In this document: in pieces, positions 25,445 through 35,830 of the stretch | How positions within the stretch are numbered: the first letter of the stretch is position 1 | Layout: each line of letters begins with the position of its first letter | Source: Thermoanaerobaculia bacterium | Lineage (GTDB): Bacteria > Acidobacteriota > Thermoanaerobaculia > Multivoradales > Multivoraceae | Length of the DNA: 64,000 nucleotides | Direction of reading: 5' to 3' | NCBI GenBank assembly: GCA_963664405.1 | Contig: OY761158.1 | Coordinates: 899,020 to 963,019, forward strand | Made by a program: the position numbers and the translations under genes | Notes under the pieces: model-generated | Told to the model about the DNA's origin: nothing | The model's database searches: none | What the model saw: the letters and a program-made list of their open reading frames with translations, nothing else

Positions 25445-26781
25445 ATGGAATGAACGAGTACTTTCCCGAAGTCCCAGGCCCGATCCCTTTCGAGGGACCC
25501 AAATCCAAGAGCCCTCTAGCCTTCAAGTGGTACGACGCCGGCCGCAAGGTCGCCGGCAAGACCATGGAGAGGCATCTCAAGTTCGCCGTCGCCTACTGGC
25601 ATACCTTCAAGGGAGACGGCGGCGATCCCTTCGGCGATCCGGTCTATCGTCGCCCCTGGGACGTCGGCGACGACCCGATGCAGATCGCGCGGCAGACTCT
25701 GGACGCCGCCTTCGAGCTCTTCACCAAGCTCGGCACTCGCTATTACTGTTTTCACGACCGCGACCTGGCTCCCGACGGCGGGTCGGTGGCGCAATCGCGC
25801 GACAATCTCGCCGCGCTCGTCGGCCTCGCCAAGAAGAAACAGAGACAGACCGGCGTTCGCCTCCTGTGGGGCACCGCCAATCTCTTCAGCCACCCGCGCT
25901 ACACCCATGGCGCCGCCACCAACCCCGACCCTCTGGTGGTAGCCCACGCCGCGGCCCAGGTTCGCGCAGCGCTCGACGCCACGATCGAGCTCGGCGGCAC
26001 CGGCTACGTCTTCTGGGGCGGCCGCGAAGGCTATACCTCTCTTCTCAACACCGACCTCCGACAGGAACGCCGCCAGATGGCAGCCTTCCTCCGCATGGCG
26101 ATCGACTACGCCAGGAGTCGAGACTTCAAGGGCATGTTCTTCATCGAGCCCAAGGCCCGCGAGCCCACCCTCCACCAGTACGACTTCGATGCCGCCACGA
26201 CCCTCGAGTTTCTGCGCGAGTTCGATCTTCTCGACGACATGATGCTCAATGTCGAAGCCAACCATGCCGCTCTCGCCACCCATTCCTTCGAGCACGAGCT
26301 CCGAGTTGCGGCAGGCGCCGGTCGACTCGGCAGCATCGACATCAATCGAGGCATCGAGGGAGTCGGTTGGGATACGGACAACTTCGCAATGGATGCCACT
26401 ACCTGCACCCTGGCGATGCTCGTCGTTCTCGAACAGCGCGGCCTTCGCTTCGGCGGCCTCAACTTCGACGCCAAGGTTCGCCGCGGGTCGTTTGACGGGG
26501 TCGATCTCTTCTATGCCCACATAGGCAGCATGGACGCGTTTGCCAGGGCCCTTCTCGTCGCCGACCGCATTCGGCAGGATGGCGTTCTCTCCGCGCCGCT
26601 GGCCGAACGGTATTCCGCCTTTCGTCGAGGATTCGGCCGTTCCCTGATGCGAGGAGAGGCCACTCTCGAAGCCGGTGAGTCTGCCGCCGAGCAGCAGGGC
26701 GAGCCTGCACTCCTGAGCGGCCGCCAGGAGCTCCTCGAGACTCTGCTGAATGACTACATCCACAACCCCGACATCGTCTGA
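25441..26781 (+). CDS. xylA: Xylose isomerase
   Basis: MNGMNEYFPEV..., FKWYDAG..., ...FHDRDLAP..., ...FIEPKAREPT..., ...WDTDNF... are class I/II XylA signatures. Confidence 0.9.
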   Translation: MNGMNEYFPEVPGPIPFEGPKSKSPLAFKWYDAGRKVAGKTMERHLKFAVAYWHTFKGDGGDPFGDPVYRRPWDVGDDPMQIARQTLDAAFELFTKLGTRYYCFHDRDLAPDGGSVAQSRDNLAALVGLAKKKQRQTGVRLLWGTANLFSHPRYTHGAATNPDPLVVAHAAAQVRAALDATIELGGTGYVFWGGREGYTSLLNTDLRQERRQMAAFLRMAIDYARSRDFKGMFFIEPKAREPTLHQYDFDAATTLEFLREFDLLDDMMLNVEANHAALATHSFEHELRVAAGAGRLGSIDINRGIEGVGWDTDNFAMDATTCTLAMLVVLEQRGLRFGGLNFDAKVRRGSFDGVDLFYAHIGSMDAFARALLVADRIRQDGVLSAPLAERYSAFRRGFGRSLMRGEATLEAGESAAEQQGEPALLSGRQELLETLLNDYIHNPDIV

Positions 26782-26784
26782 GGG

Positions 26785-28361
26785 TTGATGAGCTCTGGCC
26801 GCTTTCTGGGCCTCGACTGCGGCACCCAGAGCCTGGCTGCCGTGATCGTGGACTTCGAGGTCGGTGAGAGGGTCTGGGAAGACACGGTTCTCTTCGACCG
26901 CGATCTTCCTCAGTATGGGACCCGGACGGCGCACTCGCCGGCAGCGACCCCCGGATGGTTCACGCGCCACCCCTGATGTGGGTGGAGGCTCTCGACCTCT
27001 TGCTGGCGCGGCTGCGCGAGAACGGGCCCGACCCGATTTCGATCCGCGCCATCGCCGGCTCCGCGCAGCAGCATGGCTCGGTCTATCTCAATGCGAGTGC
27101 GGCCCGGACCCTGAAGCAACTCGACCCAGAGACCGCTGCGCACCTTCAGCTGGCAGCGTGTCTGTCACGCGACACCTCGCCTATCTGGCAGGACTCTTCG
27201 ACCACCGACGAATGCGCCGAGATTCGCGACCGTCTCGGCGGCGTCGAGGGCGCCGTTAGGACGACCGGCTCTGACATCTTCGAGCGGTTCACCGGCCCCC
27301 AGATCAGACGCTTCTCGAAACGATCTCCCGACGCTTACGAGGCCACCGAGGCGATCACCCTGATCAGCGGATTCCTCGCCTCTGTTCTCAGCGGCGGACC
27401 TGCCCCCCTCGAGCCCGGAGACGCGGCGGGGATGAGCGTGATGGATATTCGCAAGCTCTCCTGGCACCCGGCCGCGGTGGCCGCGACCGCCCCCGATCTC
27501 TGCCGCCGTCTGCCCCCGATCTGCCCTTCCGACCGAGCCATCGGCCCGATCGCGAAGTACTTCGTCGAGAACTACGGTTTCGCTGCAGAGACCCTCGTTC
27601 TACCCTGGTCCGGCGACAATCCTTCCAGCCTGGTAGGCCTCGGCCTAGTGAGAAAGGGCATGGTCGGCCTGAGCCTGGGGACCAGCGACACCTATTTCGC
27701 CTGTGTCGACGAGCCCGCGGTGGACCCGCGCGGCGAGGGTCACGTATTCGGCTCGCCGACCGGCGCTTGGATGACGCTGAACTGTTTTCGCAACGGCTCC
27801 CTTGCCCGAGAAGCAATCCGCGACCAGCATGGCCTCGATTGGGCGAGTTTCTCAGCTGCCCTGAGGTCCACTCCGCCGGGGAACGGCGGTCGACTGCTCC
27901 TCCCCTGGATGGAGCCAGAGATCGTGCCACGCACTACCGAGCCCGGCTTCATTCGCGGGCCCGGCCTGGACCTCGGAGACGCCGACGGCAACTGTCGCGG
28001 CGTCATCGAAGGGCAGGCTCTGGCAATGCGCCTCCACGCGTCGTGGATGGGACAACGGCCCGTCGCTATCCGTGCCACCGGCGGCGCCTCGGACAATGAC
28101 GCCATCCTTCAGGTCTTAGCCGACGTCTTCGCCTGCCCGATCGCGCGATTGGAGACCCCGAATGGCGCCGCCCTGGGCGCCGCCCTACGCGCCGCCCATG
28201 GCTATTGGCTCAATGAGGACCGCGCCCGGTCCTGGAGCGACGTTGTCGCCCCTTTCACGGCCTCGCCAGCGGGGGCGACGATCAGCCCCGATGAGAAAGC
28301 CGCTGGAGCCTATGACGAGCTCTTGCCGCAATATGCAGCCCTGGAGAAAGACAATCTATAG
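26785..28361 (+). pseudogene. xylB: Xylulokinase (FGGY family) with an apparent single-base frameshift at the C4 run 26968-26971
   Basis: Frame 1 gives FLGLDCGTQSLAAVIVD...ATPGWFTRHP then a stop. Frame 3 continues PLMWVEALDLLLARL... through the rest of the FGGY kinase to 28361. Adding one C to cacccc gives a continuous ...PGWFTRHPLMWVEAL.... Confidence 0.7.
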
Positions 28362-28377
28362 CGCAATGAGCAGATTG

Positions 28378-29907
28378 CTACTCAGCCGTTTGGGCTGAAT
28401 CGGCAACGAACTCGGCGACGCGACGAGTGAGGTAGGCGTGGAACGGGTTGTAGCGCTGTCGCATCAGCAGATCCAGCGGAACCGCGAGCGCCCCTCGCTC
28501 GCCCCGGGCCTCGAGTAGACCGAAAGGAAACGGATCCCCCAGATCCATGGCGGTTCCGTATACAGGATCGTCAGGCGGAAAGGGCACGGCAACGTGAGAT
28601 TGGGAGTAGACACCCTGAGGCCACTCGAGGCCCAGTCTCTCGTGGTGCGGGCGAGTGGAGCCCGCCGGCGTCAGATGGGCTTCGACCTCGCTCGTCATCG
28701 TGGCGGAGTTGGTGACCACAGTCAGAGAGAAGGGCAGGGGATCCGGCGATTCCGCGCCGGCAGGCAGCCAATTCGCCTCCGGGCTCAGAAACTCCTCGAT
28801 CTCGGCGAGCCGATTGACATCAAAGACCACCAGCTCGCTGCCGTTGGCGATCCGCCCCACCCGCAACCGGCCGTAGAGTCGACCCAGCGAAGTGTCGAGC
28901 GGTACGGTGCCATCCACCCTCGACGCAAAGCTCAGGGCCGGCGGCAGCTCCTCCAGGCGGCCGCGCTCTTCGAGGCGCTCTAGGCCTCTTTCGAGCTCCG
29001 AGGTCAGTAGATGGATCTCTTCCGCCGCCCGCATCGGGAAGGAGTTGTACTTGAAGGGATCGAACTCCGACTCGATCGAGCTCCAGGCCAGCTTCTTCAT
29101 TCCCGGAAGACGACTGAACAGGAGCTGCCAGCGGGCCAGGGCTGCCATCCGGGTGACCGCGAAGGCCGGGGAAAGGAAGACCAGGCCGTCCGGACGAGGG
29201 AGGCTCGGATCGCTCAGGGCCGAGACGGCGTGGTCCAGAGCCAGCGCGGCCCCGTTCGAGTAGCCGGCGAGGATGAGAGCTCCATCATTTCTCTGCTCAT
29301 CAGCGGCGCGAACGGCGACACGTACGGCTGCTCGCCAGTCCTCCCAGGAGACCTGTCGGAGGTCACCGGGAACGGTGCCGTGTCCCGGCAACCGCAGGCC
29401 GATCGAGACCAGACCCTGGGCAGCCAGAGTCTCGGCCAGGCTGCGAACACTGTAGGGAGAGTCCGAGAGGCCGTGCAGGAGAACGGCTGCGCCGCGCCGC
29501 TTGGCAGGCTCGATGACGAAGGTGCGGTTCCAGTTCCGCGGCAGAGTGTCGGGATTCGTCGGCCCAAGAGGTCGATAGCGGCTCAGGCGCGGGGGTTCAT
29601 CCTCCACTGCGAGCAGATCCGTCGCCACGGCCGCAAACAGCCGTTCCTCACGGGCAATGTAGTCCTCGAGTCCGAAAGATCCTCCGAGCTCGCGAGCTCT
29701 GAGCTCTTCGCGGGGCTCTAGACGATGCCAAGCTCGAAGGTCGGGCTGACGGCGGGCCTTCCCCACATAGGCGACGACGCCTGCCAGCAGGGCTCCAAGC
29801 ACCATCAGGCCGACGACCTTCAGCCCACCGACCCAACGCGAGCGGCTGCCTTGGCCAGAGGGGAGCCTCATGCGGCCGAGTCCATGGCTCGGCTTCGGAG
29901 CTCCCAT
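28378..29907 (-). CDS. Membrane-anchored alpha/beta-hydrolase-fold protein
   Basis: N-terminal TM segment (VVGLMVLGALLAGVVAYV). Core with nucleophile elbow (LAGYSNGAALAL). Confidence 0.65.
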   Translation of the reverse strand: MGAPKPSHGLGRMRLPSGQGSRSRWVGGLKVVGLMVLGALLAGVVAYVGKARRQPDLRAWHRLEPREELRARELGGSFGLEDYIAREERLFAAVATDLLAVEDEPPRLSRYRPLGPTNPDTLPRNWNRTFVIEPAKRRGAAVLLHGLSDSPYSVRSLAETLAAQGLVSIGLRLPGHGTVPGDLRQVSWEDWRAAVRVAVRAADEQRNDGALILAGYSNGAALALDHAVSALSDPSLPRPDGLVFLSPAFAVTRMAALARWQLLFSRLPGMKKLAWSSIESEFDPFKYNSFPMRAAEEIHLLTSELERGLERLEERGRLEELPPALSFASRVDGTVPLDTSLGRLYGRLRVGRIANGSELVVFDVNRLAEIEEFLSPEANWLPAGAESPDPLPFSLTVVTNSATMTSEVEAHLTPAGSTRPHHERLGLEWPQGVYSQSHVAVPFPPDDPVYGTAMDLGDPFPFGLLEARGERGALAVPLDLLMRQRYNPFHAYLTRRVAEFVADSAQTAE

Positions 29908-30150
29908 CTGCTCAGCCGGCCGCTGAGGAGTATTCGGATTCTTCTCCCTATTCTCCAGCCTTCGCTACTCCTTCCGGGCGGCGGCGCCGAGTGAGCTGAT
30001 CCCTGAACGGGTCGTGCGATCATAGCAATGCGGTAGAGCGGCTCTTGGCGGTCGCGTGCTTACGCCCCCGGCGATCGAGGCCGTGCTCGACTAAACTGGC
30101 GTCAACGAATACCTGACTGCGCGGGCAGCCCTGCTAGAGTCGATGGAGTC

Positions 30151-32193
30151 ATGCTACCGGGGGATCAAGGGCTCGATTTTGAAGGCGATCTCAACGACGC
30201 ACAGCTCCAAGCGGTCCGCAATCTCGAGGGCCCGCACCTGGTCATCGCCGGTGCCGGCAGCGGCAAGACCAGGACTCTGGTCTATCGGGTAGCCAACCTG
30301 GTCGAGCAGGGGGTGGCCCCCGAGTCGATCCTTCTTCTGACCTTCACTCGCCGCGCCGCGAAGGAGATGCTGCGCCGCGCCAGTTCACTGCTCGACGAGC
30401 GCTGCAACCGAGTCGCCGGCGGCACCTTCCACTCCTTTGCCAACATCGTCCTTCGGCGCTGGGCGGAGCTGCTCGGATACTCGAAAGACTTCACCATTCT
30501 CGACCGCGCCGACGCCGGCGCCCTCGTCGGCAGCTTACGCAGCGAGCACGGCCACGACCGCAGGGAGCGTCGTTTCCCTCGTAAAGACACCCTCGCGGAT
30601 CTGTTCTCCAAGCAAATCAATACCCACCGCTCTCTCGAACAGCTCCTGGAGGAGGACTACCCCCAGTTTCTCGACGACCTCGACGCCATCTCGGAGATTC
30701 AGGAGCAATACCGCGCCCGAAAGAAAGAGCAGAACGTCATGGACTACGACGACCTGCTGGTGAATCTGAGAGACCTCCTCGCCAACCACCCCGACCAGCG
30801 CAACCGCCTCTCCTCCACCTATCGCTATGTCATGGTCGACGAGTACCAAGACACCAATCGACTGCAGGCTCATATCGGGGCTCTCTTGGCGTCGGCACAC
30901 GGCAACATGATGGTGGTCGGCGACGATGCCCAGTCGATCTACTCCTTCCGCGGAGCCGACTTCCGCAACATCATGGACTTCCCCAAGATCTTCTCCGACT
31001 GCCAGGTGACCGTGCTGGAGGAAAACTATCGGAGCACTCAGCCCATTCTGGATCTCAGCAACGAGATCCTGCGTGCCTCGACAGAGAAGTACTCCAAAGA
31101 GCTGACCACGCAAATCGAAGGGAACGCGAAGCCGGTCTACGTGCGCACCGCCGACGACCACGACCAGGCTGCCTTCATCTGCGACGCAATCCTCGAGCTC
31201 CGAGAAGAAGGCGCTCCGCTGGAGGAGATCGCCGTGCTGTCACGGGCGGCCTGGCACACCAATTCTCTCGAGGTCGAGCTACGCCGTCGCAACATCCCCT
31301 TTCGCAAATTCGGCGGCATCAAATTCGTCGAAGCTGCGCACGTCAAAGACGTCTGCGCACTGCTGCGCATCAGCCTCAACCCGCTCGACGTCAGCAGCTG
31401 GCTTCGCGTTCTTCAGCTGTTGCCGGGAATTGGACCGCGGCGAGCCCAACAGATGACCGAGCTCGTTGTACGCAGCGCAGGAGACCCGGAGACCGCCTTC
31501 TCCACCCAGTTCCGCGCCGCTCGTTACGGACCCGGCTTGCGCAAGCTCAGCGATGCTCTTCGCGACATCTCGAGGGGGAGCGAGGCGGCTGTCGGCGAGC
31601 GCATCAAGGGGGCTCTCGCCTACTATAAGCCTTTGATGTCGAATAACTACGACGACGCCACTCGACGCGCACAGGACCTCGAGGCGCTCCTGGTCATTGC
31701 CGAGCGTTACCAGACTCTCGAGCGCTTTCTCACCGATATCGCCATCGAGCCGCCCGAGTTCGGCAGGGGCCTCGAGGATCGAGATCGAGATGACGAGTGG
31801 ATCACTCTGTCGACGATTCACTCCGCCAAGGGCCTCGAGTGGGAGAGCGTCTTCGTCATCAACCTGGTCAACGGACACTTTCCGGTGATGAGCGCCACCC
31901 TCGAGCCCGACGCCTTCGAAGAGGAGCGACGCCTACTGTATGTAGCGGTGACCCGTTGCAAAGAGAATCTCTTCCTGCTCAAACCCGAGGTCGTGGCCTC
32001 GAGGGCGTGGATGAGCGGCGTCGGAGAGACCAGTCCGCTGATCCGAGAGATCAAGGGCTTCGACTCCCTCACCGAGAGCCGAAGCTACCGCCCCAGTCGA
32101 GATCACGACAGCTTCGGCGGCGGCATCACCAGTCCTGGCGCGAGCAGAGACCGCCTGTCGCGGATCGAGGACTACTTCGACGACGAGAGGTAG
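30151..32193 (+). CDS. UvrD/PcrA/Rep-family ATP-dependent DNA helicase
   Basis: LNDAQLQAVRNLEGPHLVIAGAGSGKTRTLVYRVANLV... is Walker A, followed by the helicase motifs and C-terminal domain. 680 aa. Confidence 0.85.
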   Translation: MLPGDQGLDFEGDLNDAQLQAVRNLEGPHLVIAGAGSGKTRTLVYRVANLVEQGVAPESILLLTFTRRAAKEMLRRASSLLDERCNRVAGGTFHSFANIVLRRWAELLGYSKDFTILDRADAGALVGSLRSEHGHDRRERRFPRKDTLADLFSKQINTHRSLEQLLEEDYPQFLDDLDAISEIQEQYRARKKEQNVMDYDDLLVNLRDLLANHPDQRNRLSSTYRYVMVDEYQDTNRLQAHIGALLASAHGNMMVVGDDAQSIYSFRGADFRNIMDFPKIFSDCQVTVLEENYRSTQPILDLSNEILRASTEKYSKELTTQIEGNAKPVYVRTADDHDQAAFICDAILELREEGAPLEEIAVLSRAAWHTNSLEVELRRRNIPFRKFGGIKFVEAAHVKDVCALLRISLNPLDVSSWLRVLQLLPGIGPRRAQQMTELVVRSAGDPETAFSTQFRAARYGPGLRKLSDALRDISRGSEAAVGERIKGALAYYKPLMSNNYDDATRRAQDLEALLVIAERYQTLERFLTDIAIEPPEFGRGLEDRDRDDEWITLSTIHSAKGLEWESVFVINLVNGHFPVMSATLEPDAFEEERRLLYVAVTRCKENLFLLKPEVVASRAWMSGVGETSPLIREIKGFDSLTESRSYRPSRDHDSFGGGITSPGASRDRLSRIEDYFDDER

Positions 32194-32203
32194 CGACTCC
32201 CAC

Positions 32204-32987
32204 GATGACGCCAAGACTCGACGACCATGTAGCGCTAATCAGCGGCGGTGGCAGTGGCATCGGTGCGGCGATCGCCCGTAGCTTCTCCGCGGCCGGGGCC
32301 AAGGTAGCGATCAGCGGGCGGCGATCAGAGGTGCTGCAGCAGAGCGCCGAAGCGATCACCGAGGAGACGGGAGGAGAGGTGTTTTCGGCCGCCGGCGACG
32401 TCTCGAGTCCGAAAGACTGCAGGCGCATGGTAGCAGAGACCGTGGACCGCTTCGGCGGCCTGCAGGTCCTGGTCAACAATGCCGGAGCCTACGCCGGGGG
32501 ACCTCTTCTGGAGAGCTCCTCCGAGACCATCCATGCGGTCGTCGACGTCGACCTCAAGGGCCCTATGTTCTTGAGCCAGGCGGCATTGCCTGAGCTCAAG
32601 AAGAGCGCTGATCTGCGCGCCTCGATCCTCAACATCTCTTCTTCCGTGACCTTCCATCCGGTGGTCAATTTCTCGGTCTACTCCGCGGCCAAGGCCGGAC
32701 TGGAGATGCTCACGCGCTGTTGGGCTTCGGAGCTAGGGCCCGATCGGATCCGGGTGAATGCGATCTGCCCCGGAGTTGTGCGTACGCCGGTCTTCGGAAC
32801 GATCATGCCGCAGGATCAGGTGGACGACTTTCTCGCCACCTTCGACCACGCTACACCCCTGGGCCGCATCGGCGAGCCCGAAGATGTCGCTCGGCTCGCC
32901 CTCTTCCTGGCCAGCCCGGCTAGCGAATGGATGACTGGCGCGGTGATTCCTCTCGATGGCGGACTCAGCCTGGCTGCGAGTACGTGA
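32204..32987 (+). CDS. Short-chain dehydrogenase/reductase (SDR)
   Basis: ALISGGGSGIGAAIA... is the Gly-rich motif. ...NAG... and YSAAKAG give the catalytic YxxxK. Confidence 0.85.
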
Positions 32988-34021
32988 GCGCGGTTGTCAA
33001 GAGAACGCTCGGCAATCTTCTGCTTATGGGCCTGGCCCTGGGGATTGCGACACTCCTTGGAGAGTTGGGGCTTCGTGTGTTTCTGCCGCAGAAAACCATG
33101 TACCCCCGCTATGTCGACTCGCCCGACTATCCGATCGCTCTTCCAGCGAATAGCAAGATCGTCCACGCCCAGGGGGGGCGCTGGCGCTTCGAGTACAACA
33201 CCAATCGAGAGGGTCACCGTGGCACCTACCTCTCCGTATCCGACACTGACCACACGACTCGCGTGGTCACGCTCGGCGACTCGTTCACCTTCGGCGAGGG
33301 GGTCAACGACGACGACGTCTATCCGCACGTACTCGCGGAGCTTTTGGGGTCCGGCTATAGCGTCATAAACGGCGGCATGAGTGGCTGGGGTATCGACTCT
33401 CAGATCAAGTGGTTCTTCAAGGAGGGCGCGCCCTACCGGCCGCTCATCGTGACCCTCCAGTTTTCCGGCAACGACCCCTCTGATTTCTACGGAGTGACGA
33501 AGATCGAGGACGGGCAGTTCACCTTTCATCCTAATCCAAACATCAGACCCTCCTGGCAGATGAGGATCTCCAGGTCTTACCTCCTGCAGAAGTCTCACAT
33601 CTATGCAGGCGTCCGCGGTCTTTACGTTCGCTCCATCGTTCGAGAGGAAGGCGACACCCGCCGCGACGAGCTCAAGCCCGAACCCCGTCCAGGCGAGGAG
33701 AAGTACGCACGAATGCTGCAGCTGTTCGCCGACACCCTCCGCCGGCAGGGCTCAATGCTGCTCTTCCTCAGCGTGACTCACGGGCACGCCGACGAGTCCT
33801 ACCACTACGACCTGAATCACTTCCCGACGATCAGAGATGCGACGACCCGGCTTGATGCCGCAGGACGGATGCGCTTTGTGGAGCTACCCAGCGCTGAGAT
33901 GCGGCAGTATCCGGGCAGCCCCGAGGGCCATAAATGGTCCGCTCCGCATCATCGTCTCGCAGCCCATGCGATCGCCCAAGAGATTCGAACTATCCACGAT
34001 CCTGGCTCGGGCGACGACTGA
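32984..34021 (+). CDS. SGNH/GDSL-family hydrolase with an N-terminal membrane anchor
   Basis: GTG start overlaps the SDR stop (GTGA). A TM helix is followed by VVTLGDSFTFGEGV, the GDS(L) block I. Confidence 0.65.
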   Translation: MSAVVKRTLGNLLLMGLALGIATLLGELGLRVFLPQKTMYPRYVDSPDYPIALPANSKIVHAQGGRWRFEYNTNREGHRGTYLSVSDTDHTTRVVTLGDSFTFGEGVNDDDVYPHVLAELLGSGYSVINGGMSGWGIDSQIKWFFKEGAPYRPLIVTLQFSGNDPSDFYGVTKIEDGQFTFHPNPNIRPSWQMRISRSYLLQKSHIYAGVRGLYVRSIVREEGDTRRDELKPEPRPGEEKYARMLQLFADTLRRQGSMLLFLSVTHGHADESYHYDLNHFPTIRDATTRLDAAGRMRFVELPSAEMRQYPGSPEGHKWSAPHHRLAAHAIAQEIRTIHDPGSGDD

Positions 34022-34038
34022 GATCTCCCGCTCGCAGC

Positions 34039-35292
34039 TTACGCCCCGAACTTGGCCAGCTTGCCGGCGTTGGCCATCGCCAGCGGCAGAAGGTCGAGGT
34101 GACGCAGCGAGCCGAGACTCCCTCCACGGCAATCCATTTCGGTAAAGCTGCGCCCGTCCGGGCGGACAAGACGGCTCCATAACAACACCGGAAGCGGGTG
34201 CCAGGAATGGGCCCGCAACGGCACTGGTGTCGAGTGGTCGCCGGTGATCACGACGACGTCGGGCTCGCCTTCGAGGAGCTCGGGGAGGATGGCGTCGAAG
34301 TCTTCCACCTGCTCCGTCTTCTTTGCAGAATCGCCGTCCTCGCCATAGCTGTCGGTCTTCTTCACGTGAAAGTAGAGAAACTCGTAATCGCGACTATGAG
34401 CACGGTAGGAAGCCAGCTTTGCCGGCGTCCGCTCGCCGGTGCCCTCGAGATCGATCGGGGGGCACTCCATACCCACCAGCCGTGACACTCCGCGGTACAT
34501 CGGGTAAGCGGCGATCGAGCCTGCTCGAAGGCGGCAGATGTCACCAATCCGCGGCAGCTCAGGTCGTCTGCCAATGCCTCGCAAAAGCACCCCGTTGACC
34601 GCGGGCTCCGCCTCTCGCGCCACCGGCACATCGCTCAGCACCTCGGCGCAAAGCTCGGAAAGGCGCTCGAGGACGCTCGCCGTCCGACTGTCGGATTGAT
34701 CGCCGCTCTGAGCCTTCGCGGCTCGACGCGCCAGCCCGACCCGGCCCGGATCGGTGTCACCGACTTCCCCCCCGAGTCCCTCGCCGCGCAGCCGCACCAC
34801 GAACCTGTATTCGGACTCTGTATGGAGCTCGACCGCGACACCCTCGACTTCTGAGATCTCCGCCTTCAGGGCGGTTATCAGTTCCTCATTCAGCGCGGTC
34901 GAGATCCGCCCTGCCCGGCGATCCGCAACAAGGCCATCGTTGTCAAAAGTGGCAAAGTTGCCCCGAGCCGCCACCTCCTCACCGCCAAGATCGAGATCGA
35001 TCCCGAGCGCCGAGAGCACTCCTCGGCCGACGTCGTAGACCAGCGGGTCGTAACCGAAGAGGGAAAGGTGACCAGGCCCGCTACCGGGTGTGATCCCTGG
35101 AGCAACTACAGTCGAAAGCCCGAGAGACGCCTCTCGCGACAGCGCATCGAGATTGGGTGTATCAGCCGCCGAGAGCGGCGTTTCCCCATCGACGGGAACG
35201 TCACCGATGCCATCGAGAACCACCAAGAGGATTCTGGTGTCGCTGGCGATGCTGAGTCTCTGCAGCAGAGCGAGGGGATACGGCAACACCAT
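34039..35292 (-). CDS. apgM: Cofactor-independent phosphoglycerate mutase, archaeal type (ApgM)
   Basis: 417 aa. LLVVLDGIGD..., ...TPNLDAL..., ...ITGDHSTP... match the ApgM/metalloenzyme superfamily. Confidence 0.8.
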   Translation of the reverse strand: MVLPYPLALLQRLSIASDTRILLVVLDGIGDVPVDGETPLSAADTPNLDALSREASLGLSTVVAPGITPGSGPGHLSLFGYDPLVYDVGRGVLSALGIDLDLGGEEVAARGNFATFDNDGLVADRRAGRISTALNEELITALKAEISEVEGVAVELHTESEYRFVVRLRGEGLGGEVGDTDPGRVGLARRAAKAQSGDQSDSRTASVLERLSELCAEVLSDVPVAREAEPAVNGVLLRGIGRRPELPRIGDICRLRAGSIAAYPMYRGVSRLVGMECPPIDLEGTGERTPAKLASYRAHSRDYEFLYFHVKKTDSYGEDGDSAKKTEQVEDFDAILPELLEGEPDVVVITGDHSTPVPLRAHSWHPLPVLLWSRLVRPDGRSFTEMDCRGGSLGSLRHLDLLPLAMANAGKLAKFGA

Positions 35293-35317
35293 ACTCGGAT
35301 TGTACCTCCGGCGCCCT

Positions 35318-35830
35318 CTAACTGACCGGCCCGCAGCAGATGCGGAGGTCGCCGGGGTTCTTATGGTCGTAGCGCCACAGCAGCTCCCCCCTCAGCGCGT
35401 CCAGGGCGAAGAGACGATTGTGCGAAGAGGTGGCGTAGAGGATGCCGTCATATACGACCGGCGAGGTTTCGAGCTGAATCGCCACGCCCGTCGGCAGCAT
35501 CCACGCCAAACGTAAGCTACTCAGGCTCTCGGCGTCGAGCGCCTCGATCGGAGAGTGGCGCCAGGCCGCGAAGTTACCGCCGAAGTGGAGCCAGGCAGCG
35601 GCCGTCGGCGAGTCGGCGAGCAGCTCGTCGGTCACCGGCCCCATCCCTCTCCCGGCGGGCGCGTCGCGGGTCCAGTGGCTGGCTGCAGGACCCACGCCGG
35701 GATTCCCCTCGCCCTGCTGGGCCGGCAGCAGATTTCCCGAGAAGGCAGCGAGGCACAAGAGAAGAGCGAGTGCCCGCAACGAGCTGGTCAATCCGAGTCG
35801 ACCCGTCGGCCGGAAAAGCTGAACTTCTGA
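35318..35830 (-). pseudogene. N-terminal about 170-aa remnant of a PQQ-dependent alcohol dehydrogenase, truncated right after the CC ring motif
   Basis: Signal peptide then ...AAAWLHFGGNFAAWRHSPIEALDAESLSSLRLAWMLPTGV...ETSPVVYDGILYATSSHNRLFALDALRGELLWRYDH...RICCGPVS* parallels the N-terminus of the intact PQQ-ADH at 58694..60358 but stops 26 nt before the apgM start. Confidence 0.65.
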
